Of a DNA stretch of 64,000 bases, positions 26,401 to 37,500 are shown piece after piece; positions within the stretch are counted from its first letter, which is position 1, and each line of letters begins with the position of its first letter. The stretch is from NCBI RefSeq assembly GCF_964355755.1, contig NC_092670.1, positions 30,988,388 through 31,052,387 on the forward strand, read 5' to 3'. The position numbers and the translations under genes are program-made. The DNA comes from Antedon mediterranea (Eukaryota; Animalia; Echinodermata). The notes under the pieces are model-generated. The model was not told where the DNA came from. It worked only from the letters and a program-made list of their open reading frames with translations, and did no database searches.

Positions 26401-27082
26401 TAATTCAGTTATATATTAAGTATTGGAACTGAATTGGGATTAATAAAACTGTACAAATGGCATCCGAAAACAATGGAATGGACACTTTGCTTGGATTTCA
26501 ACCAAAGGTAATGTAATAAATGTCATTAACCATACTACACAATTTTTTTAATACAGTATTATTGTATAATCCTTTTGTAAAACGTATATAAAGCAGGCTC
26601 TGAATGCGCTGTTTTATATCGTTTTCCCACAATTTTATGCACTCATCAATACCACTTTCAAGTTAATTTGTTTGCCAATAATAGTCATTTAATACTAACC
26701 ACCACTTCCTATGTTATACTATCTCTCATTCGTCATTCCAAAGCTACCCCTCGTAACAATTCCACAATGTACCCTGGTTTCATTAAATGAGATTGCCTGT
26801 TCACTCTTTCTTTAAACCTAACACCACACATCCATCTTTATTGCTCTTTTTAAAATATTACATTTCATTCACTTTTTAAAATTTTTGTTAACATTACTAA
26901 TTAATTACTTTTGCAGCTTGTGCCATTCACTTACTGTCAAACGCTTACGATGGAGACCTAAGGTAGGACGAGCTGGACACAAGGTTCTAAAGGAGGATGG
27001 AGGAAAGAACTGGCTTCAACTTGCTAGCTGTAGTAGGGACTGTTCTGTGAAAATATTTGATGTTAATCTTGATGTATTATGA
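8413..27082 (+). CDS. ELP2: Elongator complex protein 2 (WD40 repeat), 17 coding exons, ~838 aa
   Basis: GT-AG exons with consistent phases: 8413-8553, 11497-11670, 12038-12287, 12479-12610, 13401-13544, 14280-14375, 16865-16965, 17188-17316, 17943-18095, 20810-20911, 21017-21106, 21506-21665, 22919-23049, 25059-25370, 26143-26279, 26409-26507, 26917-27082 (2517 nt, open to TGA). ELP2 motifs seen: [138 protein letters not shown]. Confidence 0.97.
9104..11338. mobile_element. Foldback-type TIR element in ELP2 intron 1 (~500-bp arms)
   Basis: 9104-9600 is the reverse complement of 10871-11338. The outer parts carry tandem ~17-bp TGAAATCGGTCGCG units. The left terminus appears clipped; no TSD found; no transposase ORF. 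Confidence 0.85.
15525..16609. mobile_element. Mutator-like non-autonomous TIR element, 10-bp TSD
   Basis: TIRs GGGTGTCACGAAAGCTCAGACC... (~90 bp near perfect, with degenerate inverted similarity to ~15850/16040). TSD CTTGCCAGCT at 15515-15524 and 16610-16619. Confidence 0.88.
16654..16690 (+). ncRNA. Minimal type I hammerhead ribozyme motif of the Penelope-like element
   Basis: gca-CTGATGA-aa-ggc(tagtgtt)gcc-c-GAA-AGCT-C-tgc: intact core boxes, 3-bp stem II with one closing mismatch, palindromic stem III AGCT, stem I gca/tgc. Confidence 0.7.
19132..19435. mobile_element. PIF/Harbinger-like MITE
   Basis: TIR GGCCCATTTACACTTGGACGATAAC / GTTATCGTCCTAGTGTAAAATGGGCC extending to ~75 bp; TAA/TTA-like flanks, imperfect. 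Confidence 0.65.
19738..20575. mobile_element. TIR element with 16-bp subterminal tandem repeats (Mutator/foldback-like), 8-bp TSD
   Basis: ~180-bp arms built of AAGTCAA(C/G)TCGGCC(T/C)C units, inverted at the two ends. Direct repeat CTTGTGCA at 19730-19737 and 20576-20583. Confidence 0.85.
21819..22729. mobile_element. Non-autonomous element with TAG..CTA ends and 9-bp TSD (AcademH-like)
   Basis: TSD CCTTTAACC at 21810-21818 and 22730-22738. Ends TAGTCTGGGTTCCAGAC and AGACTTGGGGCAAGTCTA, each a small hairpin. Family assignment comes from the end/TSD signature only. Confidence 0.7.
23712..23828 (+). pseudogene. 5S rRNA-like sequence (SINE head or pseudogene, not a cluster rRNA gene)
   Basis: TACGGC-TTTACCACGTTGAAACACCGGTTTTCGTCAGATCACCGAAGTTAAGC...GGGCCTGGTTAGAGCTTGGATGGGAGACCATCTGGGAATAACAGGTGCTGTA matches metazoan 5S with A- and C-box regions; a single intronic copy. 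Confidence 0.85.
23712..24065 (+). mobile_element. 5S rRNA-derived SINE (SINE3)
   Basis: Full-length diverged 5S head 23712-23828, ~210-bp unrelated body, (TAAAA)n tail; no oligo-T terminator directly after the 5S part. Confidence 0.75.
24195..24909 (-). mobile_element. DINE-1/HINE-like (Helentron-associated) element, apparently full length
   Basis: Minus strand: T-run, sub-TIR TAGTTGCGTG with adjacent inverted copy GCGACT, (GTCG/GTCT)n microsatellite, 3' sub-TIR CACGCGACT, hairpin GCCAT-CTAT-ATGGC, end CTTGTT. Confidence 0.75.
25500..25693 (-). mobile_element. tRNA-derived CORE-type SINE, decayed
   Basis: Minus strand: A box TGGCGCAGTG, B box GGTTCAAATC, then TGGGCAAGACACTTTAC..CTCCACTGAGGTGTTCAAATGGGTACC (CORE-like). 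Confidence 0.7.
26690..26840 (-). mobile_element. Decayed RTE-clade LINE fragment
   Basis: The minus strand reads [13 protein letters not shown], resembling the RTE C-terminal LRWMCGV..KDR motif; otherwise broken. Confidence 0.4.
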
Positions 27083-28582
27083 TGTCAATATATTATTATT
27101 GTATGATCTTGAAAATACTTATTAAACATGTATTGGCACGTTCAACCACACAATCTACTATTCGCATGACCATCTACTGTATGTCGCTATTGATACAGAA
27201 GGACCTTTGACACTCGGAAAATTCATGATATTTTCCCCAAAACAATTATAGTCTTTTCACAGAGGTAATCTGATGTCGAAAATGTTTAATACTGTACACA
27301 CACACACAGTTAATCTGGTATAGAAATGTTTAATTGTACAAATGACACTTTGTAATACTGTCAACACTCACAATTCAATACACACTTAGGCTGGCCTAAT
27401 ATATCTTCTAGAAATTTGGAAAGAGTTTTTAAATAAAAAGAAAGTTTTGGGAGAGTTCCAGTCTTCAGAGAGTTATCCAGTATTTGGTATTTGGAGAGTC
27501 AACTGTCTGTTGCCTATGATATATCGCACAAATAAAGTTGCTGCGCTTATTATAATTGAAGTGCACCTAATGTATGTTTTTTTTAATAAGAAATATAGAC
27601 TTTGCTCCCTGCTAATTAATATTTAGAGGAGCATTTTTACGTTTGTCTGTTGCTACTGGTTACTACACGCATCCATATACATGGAACCAACATGACCGGG
27701 ATTGTACAGGGAAGAAACTGAATTTAAAACTGAGCTGAACCGGTACCTTTGCTAGCAAATCAATTGTATTAACCTTTATTTCAGACTTGCTGTCCATATA
27801 ATAACATTACGTAGAGAATAACGGGACAACTCAGTGAATATTGAATCTGAAATGTTTGTTTCCAATCCAATATTCATAGTTATGTTCTCATTGTCACAAA
27901 TGTCCCTATATCCTATCAGTACGCCTATTTCACCGGGCGGCTTATACACTGTATTTTGTTTTGTACATGTTTATTATAGTGTTACATATTTATATATTGT
28001 TCATCCACATTTGTTAATTTGTTTGTATCATTCTTAATTCTTAATTTGTCTAGTAGGCATAATGTATCTGTGTAAAAAATAATTTAAAATTGATATATAT
28101 TTGATGTCAATTTGAGAACAAAATTGATAAATGTGAATTATACATTATTGGGAGGGGGTGGGGCGGAGTATATGACAACTTGTTGTTTATGTTAAAGCCA
28201 TGCACCTATAACACTGTGTTAATAACAGTTGGTGCACGACCTTAGTTAATATTTTACATTGTGCTTGATACCGTTATAAGCAGTGAATCCGTAATTCTAA
28301 TTGCATAATGATTACGGTTTTGTTATCTTATCAATCATGATTATGCTATTTGTAAACTGGTACAGTAATAATCTTATGACCGATCATCGCAAACACCATG
28401 TAGTATACCATCTGTTTGATAATCTATTAATTTATTTTGACAAAGACAAACATTATTCTTCTCAATGTTTGTATGAGGCTTTACGTTTCCAGCGATCATT
28501 TTGAATACCGCAGTCAACGGGATCGGTCGCTCATCATCTTCGGCGAACTATTAGTCTGGGCTGTTTTTATCCATTTTATAGT

Positions 28583-31500
28583 ATGGTTGGAAACAGCAGC
28601 TATCTGCTACTATGTGTAGCCTGTATTGTGGCCCTACCAACGTTTACCGTGTCCACGGCTGAAATTGCTTTCTTGCCACCGGAGGCAAGACAGATGTTTA
28701 AGGATTTCGGTAGATTGGACATCGGACAAGTTGAGAGAAATGTCACCCACACGACTGGTATTTTGAAAGATATTTTAGTAAGGCTACTCGCGCCAGATTA
28801 CATAGACGCCATAAAGAATGCAAAAGGTGTATCGGAAGAGTGTAAAGAGAATTTTCTGACTTACATTGAAGATAAACAGAATAACGAAGATTATGCAAAC
28901 AGAAGTAAGAACCTAGTCCTATTTAATTTTCTATTTTTTTTTATGTTAACCGATCATCTACAAGCTTTACTTTCTTGTTTTTGGTGCTTGTATTATACTT
29001 GCTGTACTAAATAACTCATACATCATGTTTTGATTTGTTAATTTATACAAAATTTTTATTTTCTATGGACCAGAAATATATTTAATTTAATAGATATTAT
29101 TTTATACGAGTGAAAACAAATCAGTTCAGCAGTTATCAGTTATTGAAATGATTCCCTGTGAATTTGCCTATTTAGTTTATACTAGATACCGTAACTCTTA
29201 CGATTTGAAATTATCTTATCGAATTGATAATTTAATAAGATAAGCTCAAGAATGCAAGTAGAATACATATGATGCATGATTAGATACCTCCACAATTTTA
29301 ATTTACCTACATTATCTGCCCCTAATTCGTTTTATGACTTAATTATGGTATTTATAATATCTAGAGTGGTCATTACCATCTGTATCTGTTACTATTGCTA
29401 CAGTAGGCATATAGGCATACAGAATGTAACTGAAAATAGAACTAATGTAGCCTTACAAAACAATACATTATATAAAAAAATAAACAACTTACACACAATG
29501 TTCGTTAAGCATACCTTGTTTCATTTTCTTTTAGTGTATTACTCTAATGGTGACCGAGATTTTATGAGGAATCTATACAGGTTTAACTTTGCAAATTGGG
29601 GCAATTATGAACTGTGTACTAATGTTTATGAATATGCCTATGCACCATTTAAGACCAAGCAGTGTGCCATTGGTATTCCCTTTTATGTCGTAAGTTAAGA
29701 ACTAAAGAATATTTCTAATTATGATATTGACAATGCATAAACGCATTAGGCCTACATCAACATTTATTTGACTAACCATGGGAACAATACAACTCAGCAG
29801 ACAAGATACAAAACAAAGGTTGCACGCCCTGTTCAAAATGTTTTACTGTAAAATTCGAGAGATTGTATACGCATGCGCGCGTACTAAATAACTAGTTCTT
29901 ATGTTATATTTTGTACTTCTGGATGAAGTATGAATCCTCTTGTCGAGACAATAGTTAACTGTTTTCAATTGTAAAGGCCTACACAAAAACAGTGTTTTTA
30001 AAGACCTTGATACCAATATTCATTCGAACCTTTTTTTAATCTTCTTTTTTATTTTAGCCTACAAAGACGGCAATCTGTGTCCCAGCATCATGTAGCAAAG
30101 CAGATGTCAGACTGCTTACGATAGCCGGTAAGTTAAATACACCTAAAATAATCCATAAATTCAGATGTAGAATATTACGGGGCGCCGTTTGGGACATTGA
30201 TAATTTTGTCGAAATATTACAATTTTGTCAACACAAAATTCATTTTGTATTGACAAAATTCATTTTGTGTTGACAAAATGTATTATGTGTGGACAAAATT
30301 CATTTTGTCTCGACAAAATTAATTCTGTGTAAACAAAATTCATTCTGTTTAGACAAAATTAATTCTGTGTTGACAAAATTAATTCTGTGTAGACAAAATT
30401 AATTCTGTGTAGACAAAATTCATTTTGTGGCGACAAAATTCATTCTGTAACGACAAAATTCATTTTGTGTAGACAAAATAAATTCTGTGTGGACAAAATT
30501 AATTCTGTGTAGACAAACTTCATTCTGTGTGGACAAAATTCATTTTGTGGCGACAAAATGTATTCTGTGCAGACAAAATTTATTCTGTGTAGACAAAATG
30601 CATTCTGTGTAGACAAAATTCATTTTGTTGCAACAAAATGAATTTTGTTAGCCGAGCCTACTCAAACATTTTGTCCCACGCTTGAGTAGGCTCGGTTTTA
30701 ACATTTAAATTAGAAGGCGGAGTTTAAACGTGAAAAGGGCAAGACAGGGTGAAGCTATGATGACAGCGCGCGAATCTTTGACATTTGTTATTGGTTCAGT
30801 TATTATGCCTCCGTCTCTATTGCTATCATATTAATCTATTTTATAATATCAGGGACCCCTGAAAATATCAGATATGATCAGTATTCATACTTTGACAATT
30901 TAATATCTACGTCGTCAGTAATAATAATTATTATTATAACTAGATGGTACGCTCGCTTCACTCGCGTACCATCTAGGTCGTGCCCACAGATGGTTCTCGA
31001 ATACATAATAATTTCAGCGTTAAAAAACTGGCGATTTCAAATGTACGTACCGCAGGACAATAATACATGTCGTTTACAGGAACGAATAAATAGACACTGT
31101 GATTTATGTACTCAACTAAAATTAGCACACTGGGAATTACTTCCGAAAGAGAAACTTGTCACAAAATGAGACCAATTGTTTAAGTCAAATTTAAACAAAC
31201 TTAATTTGTGCTTTGTATGTAACATTAAGGTTGAGGGATGGGGAAGAGGATGGGTGCAAAGAGGAACAATTTTTAAATATATTCTTTATTCATTTAGTAA
31301 CGAAATATTAATTGAACTTATTCAACCTTATGTTCCTAAGCGGTCTCTGAGATCTAGATCTGAGTCTCTTCTTGCCCATATATTAATTCATCCTTCCATC
31401 CACTAAGTTTTATGGAAATCGTTCATTTTCTTCGACATCCGTTTCTCTATGGAATGCGTTGCCTATTGAAATCCGTCAGGCTACGGTACTTCCACCAGTG

Positions 31501-34500
31501 CAGTGTCTTCAAATCTCTCCTCAAAACCCACCTTTTTAATTTGTAATTTTCTAAATTTTTTCTGTCTTTGTAAAGCGCATTGAGGCTTTCAGCATAATGC
31601 GATATATCAAGTACCAGTTATTATTATTATTATTGTTTTCATGTTTTACAAATAATATACGACTAAACACAGTAAAACATTGTGATGTAATACTTTGTTT
31701 GTTGTCACCGTCCTAGTCGATTGAAATAGTACAGTACATGTAACGATACATCACTACGACGTGTATATGTTTATATGTGCCTTGAGCACTCTTGAGTGGT
31801 ATGTGCGCTATAAAAATCCTATTATTATTATTATTATTATATAATGTAAAACAATTTGTGAAAACCACCTCTATTCGGGGAAAATCATAAATTCGATTTA
31901 ATCGTCAATAAATATTAAATTATCTAACTCAACTTAATTAGTAGGCCTAATGGTTTTTCAATTGTTTCTTAGAGCCAATTCATACTTAAGTTGGTTCCTA
32001 CCCTACCCACCAAAGTTGTTCGGCGTTTAGGGCATGTGATGTACCGTAGGCCTATCCTCTACTGGTTTTACAACGCTACCCATGCCAGTGAGGGAAGGGG
32101 GATGATGTGGGTGGTTTAACTGCAATAATAACGATTTGTACATAATATACGGCGAGTGAAAACGCTAGCTCATTATCCATTTAAAAAAAATGTATATCCA
32201 ACCTCTGCAGCACAAAAAATGGATCGAATTTCTGTTATGAGTATACAGTACTTGCCTTTACGACGCCTGAGGGAATAGACACTTGTGGAACAGAGATTGG
32301 AATGTTCCATTCATCGCAAATCAATACATTTGTATAAACGTATATTAAATCTATCAAAATAGTATTTTTTAAAGAAAATCGGCCTGTCTTCAACATTATG
32401 ATGCTGTACTCGAGCTGTTCAACCGGTTTTCAGCCATTAAAAACAATTATCGTAGGAGGAGATAGGAAAATGCGAAGCATCCTCGTATTATCGTCTGCGG
32501 GTATTTTTCAAGACGGACATCCATTAGACAGTGTATACCACGATCGAAAAACACCCCTATTTGTGGCAAATCGTTGAACCTAAATTCGTTTTAATCGTCA
32601 ATAACTAATTATCGAACTCAATTTAATTAGTAAACAGGGTTACATCAGGTGGTTAAAATCAGTACCGAAAGTACGAACCAACTTTATATACCACCGAGTA
32701 AACATTCTAGAAATAACGCGCGATTTACCTAATTTTGCCCTTACGTAAATTTATATATAGATGTATTCTATATAAAAAAATCGGAAAATGGTTTTCATTA
32801 GAGCCCTGCTTATTACTTAAGTAAAATTGTAGTAATGGGGCTATTTAATATTTTGTCGTTTAAAATATTATTTATTAATCTTATAAAATGTATATAGGCC
32901 TACTTTATTTTAAAATTAAAGATGTATTGTCTCCCAAAATCATGAAAAATAAAGATTTTTAAAATCGGACTTTGAATAGGACATTATGCAGTTTTAATGA
33001 AGTTGTTCACTTCCATAAGAAAAAAGAAGGGGGAAAAAAATTATTTCACCTATAAAAAGACAAAATAAACAGTTAAATTACCCAAAAACTCAAGACAATT
33101 TGACCATTTTTTGCTTTAAATTACAGTTTTTTCAGGTAAATAATCTTTAAGATAATAATAATCATTGCAGAAATAATGATGCTGAAAGCTGTCCGTTATT
33201 TGAAGAAAAAAAACATTTAAAGAACTTACTACAAACGATTGCTCACGTTAGTGTTATTATAACAGTCATCCACCCTGCGAAACCTATTAACCTCTAACCT
33301 ACAGTAGTAAGTAGGCCAGGTAGCCTACGTTGGCTAGGTTCAGGACTGATTGCCCATAAAACATTCGATGTATAATATCAACACCCCAGACTGTAATAAT
33401 GACCTTCCCAGACCGAAAACCATTCTGGTTTGACTGAGGGTCTGGGCTTCTCCAAGATTACGCAAGTTGTCTAGGACCTCTTGAGGTAAAGCTTCAATAA
33501 TGGGGCTATTCGATTCGATTCGAACATTCGATGTATAAATATCAACACCCCAGACAGTGTAATAATGACCTTTCCAGACCGAAAACCATTTTGCCCGAAA
33601 TTACGATACTCTCTCGATACAACTCCATATTTTATTAGTGGAAAATGCATTTTTATTTAACATCAATTTTATCAAGCCAGCCAAAGACTGAATACGTACA
33701 TCAAAAGTACAAAGAAGAATGTAAACCTATAAACAATTATTTGCAATTAGCAATGTATAATAAATAAAATTGTAAAATAAGCATAGAAACATAACATTTA
33801 TATCTAGCATTTTTAACATTATTATATTCAAACAACAGCATCGGACTCTGTTTTCAATAAAAATCGTTTGATTCGTGAGTCGAGGTAAAGAAAGTGCTTT
33901 ACCATTTTTCTTTCAAAAGCATATAGCAAACAATTGGACAACAGCCACTGTAAGTCGCGTGCAGTTCAAAGAGTACAGAAAACGCGATAAAACGCAAAGT
34001 GATACCGGACCGACCGACCGACAGACCGACAGACCGACCGACAAAGTGAACTATAGAGTCGCTTTCACGCGACTAAAAACAAACAATCGGAATTAATTTT
34101 AAATATACATTGTTATACGTCAGTATAAAGTGTACTTATACTCGACGCAAAGTATTCAAGTTCCATATTAGACTGTTGCTTAATTAGTTTGCTTTTACTC
34201 ACGGTAGATAAATTAATTTAAATTGCTTACCTATTAACAATTTGTTGGCACCGGTGGTAGAGGAGGTCGTAAAATGATATTCGCGCGCTGTTTGATCGTA
34301 GGCCTATAACTGTCAATCTTCGAGTTTCCAATAACAACCCCGCCTTCTTAATTTAAATGTTAAAACGTGTTGTCCCACGCTTGAGTAGGCTCGGCTAACA
34401 AAATTCATTTTGTCGTGACAAAATTAATTTTGTTGCAACAAAATGAATTTTGTCTATACAGAATGAATTTTGTCTACACAGAATGAATTTTGTCTACACA

Positions 34501-37500
34501 GAATACATTTTGTCGCCCCAAAATGAATTTTGTCCACACAGAATTAATTTTGTCTACACAGAATTAATTTTGTCCACACAGAATTAATTTTGTCTACACA
34601 AAATGAATTTTGTCGTTACAGAAGGAATTTTGTCTACACAGAATGAATTTTGTCAACACAGAATTAATTTTGTCTACACAGAATGAATTTTGTTTACACA
34701 GAATTAATTTTGTCAAGACAAAATGAATTTTGTCAAGACAAAATTAATTTTGTCCACACAGAATAAATGTTGTCAACACAAAATGAATTTTGTCAATACA
34801 AAATTAATTTTGTGTTGACAAAATGAATTTTGTATTGACAAAATTAATTATGTGTAGACAAAATTGTAATATTTCGACAAAATTAGCAATGTCCCATACG
34901 GCGCCCCGTAGAATATAGGCGTTTTATATAAATGTAAAATACAGCATAAACTTGAATGGTACAATAGTAGTGAGGTTTAAAATGTATACTTTTTAATTGA
35001 AAATGTAACCATAATTGGTGCTGGAGAAAATAATCAAATATAATTATTATATTCTTTGTATACTTTTTCAGTAATCGACGAGCGTCCTTTGCCGGATTTG
35101 TTGGAGATAAAGAAGAACGGATATTACGAATGTATTGACATGGTTCCTTGGTCGGCTGGTGCAATTGTATCAATGTAAGTTGCTGCATACTAATGTCACC
35201 TTAGAAGTGATCATTTGTGACACCGCCATTCAATGGGATTCTCTATTAAAGGCCAGGTGCGGGCAAAACATTTCTATTGATCATACATTCCAATAATTAT
35301 CGATCTATAGTTTGCCCTTATGTTTCATAATTTGTTAGACTCGCTTCGCTCGCGTACCATCTAGGTCGTGCCCACAGATGGTTCTCGAATACATAATAAT
35401 TTCAGCGTTAAAAAACTGGCGATTTCAAATGTACGTACCGCAGGACAATAATACATGTCGTTTACGGGAACGAATAAATAGACACTGTGATTTATGTACT
35501 GAACAAACTTAATTTGTGTTTTGTATGTAACATTAGGGTTGAGGGATGGGAAAGAGGATGGGTGCAAAGAGGAACCATTTTTAAATATTCTTTATCCATG
35601 TAGTAACGAAATATTAATTGTTTTCATGTTTTACAATTGCGATGTAATACTTTGTTGAAACTATCACCGTCCTAGTCGATTGAAATAGTACAGTACATGT
35701 AACGATACATCACTACGACGTGTATAATATGTTTATATAATGTAAAACAATTTGTGAAAACCACCCCTATTCGTGGCAAATCATAAATTCGATTTAATCG
35801 TCAATAAATATTAAATTATCTAACTCAACTTAATTAGTAGGCCTAATGGTTTTCAATTGTTTCTTAGAGCCAATTCATACTTAAGTTGGTTCCTAACCCT
35901 CCCCACCAAAGTTGTTCTGCGTTTAGGGCATGTGATGCACCGTAGGCATATCCTCTACTGGCTTTACAACGCTACTCATGCCAGTGAGGGAAGGGTGATG
36001 ATGTCACGTGGGTGGTTTAACTGCAATAATAAAGATTTGTACATAATATACGGCGACTGAAAACGCTAGCTCATTATCCGTTAAAAAAATCTATATCCAA
36101 CCTCTGCATAGCACAGATTGAAAAAATGGATCGAATTTCTTTTATTAGTATACAGTACTTGCCTTTACGACGCCTGAGGGAATAGACACTTGTGGAACAG
36201 AGATTGGAATGTTCCATTCATTTCAATTCAATACATTTGCATAAACGTATATTAAATCTATCAAAATAGTATTTTTTAAAGAAAATCGGCATGTCTTCAA
36301 CATTATGATACTGTACTCGAGCTGTTCAACCGGTTTTCAGCTATTAAAAACAATTATCGTAGGAGGAGATAGGAAAATGCGAAGCTTCCTCGCATTTTTG
36401 TGGCGGGTATTTTTCAAGATGGACATCCATTAGACAGTGTATACCACGATCGGAAAACACCCCTAATTGGGGCAAATCGTTGAACCTAAATTTGTTTTAA
36501 TCGTCAATAACTAATTATCTAACTTAATTTAATTAGTAAACAGGGTTACATCAGGTGGTTAAAATCAGTACCGAAAGTACGAAACAACTTTATATACCAT
36601 CGAGTAAAAATTGTAAAAGTAAGGCGCGATTTACCGAATTTTGCCCTTACGTAAATTTATATATAGATTTTATTTGTGTTACACGAGCTTGTTGAAAATA
36701 AGCACTTTCTTATCAGTGGAGGATAGTTCAATTTACACAGTAAAATCTGTATTCTTTTGTACACACATTTTGTAAATAGAGAGGCATTTTAAAAAGCTAT
36801 GAAAAATAAACGGTGTGGTAAAAAATTTTATCAGATGACTAAATATAGGTAATATAACTTGAATATTACATTTCTGATATTTTTATTCGACTTCAGATTT
36901 TTATTTTCATGCTATAGCAAAAATTATCCACCATATATCCACCATCTTTTTTCACCGTCTAGGGAGTCACAAGGCATGTTATTACATTAGGTTAACTACC
37001 TAAACTACAGAAAAAAAGTCTTCCTGGTTTTTATGGAAGAATTTTGCCATATTATGGGAAATTCATGTTTTTTCGTTTTGATTTCTGTTACAAATATTTG
37101 ATTTATGTACAATTAACCAAATATTATATTTAAAGTTCATGCCCGTACCTGAGCTTTAAGGGGACACTTTTGCCTGAGACGAACGAGGGCAATATAGACG
37201 ACATTTATATTTCTCTTTATTAGAGATTGATCTAAACTAAAAAGTCTTCTTTATATACAGTATATTTATATCATGTCTTTAATTTCAGTATTTTAAGCTT
37301 TATCTTAATTTTTTATCTTCTGTTACATACACTAAGTAGTGTATGGCACAGGACAGATTGAATGGACTAACATAAACTAAATTAGGCATAGCATTCGCCA
37401 TTTTATTCCTCGGTTTATCTATAATCTTGAGATGACCAGTAACCATTTAATCCAATCTCCATGGAGATCTACTTACACACATTCGTTTTGTGTATACTAC

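Larger units (their letters stand above)
30176..34910. mobile_element. 4.7-kb IS3EU-like non-autonomous DNA transposon with ~600-bp satellite-bearing TIRs, 6-bp TSD
   Basis: Ends TACGGGGCGCCGT.. and ..ACGGCGCCCCGTA; TSD GAATAT at 30170-30175 and 34911-34916. TAY..RTA ends with a 6-bp TSD fit IS3EU. No transposase ORF; hosts nested elements. Confidence 0.8.

Noticed and set aside
8554-26916. U12-type introns or intronic snoRNAs in ELP2
   Set aside because: All inferred introns are ordinary GT-AG without the GTATCCTT signature; no convincing C/D box pair with a terminal stem was seen by eye.
27082-28583. Functional link between ELP2 and the acyltransferase array
   Set aside because: Only adjacency supports it; separate stop and start codons, polyA-like signals in between, and unrelated known functions.
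30215-30650. CRISPR-like regular repeats
   Set aside because: Contiguous 20-bp units with no unique spacers, mirrored at 34397-34870 as TIRs; eukaryotic context with no cas genes.
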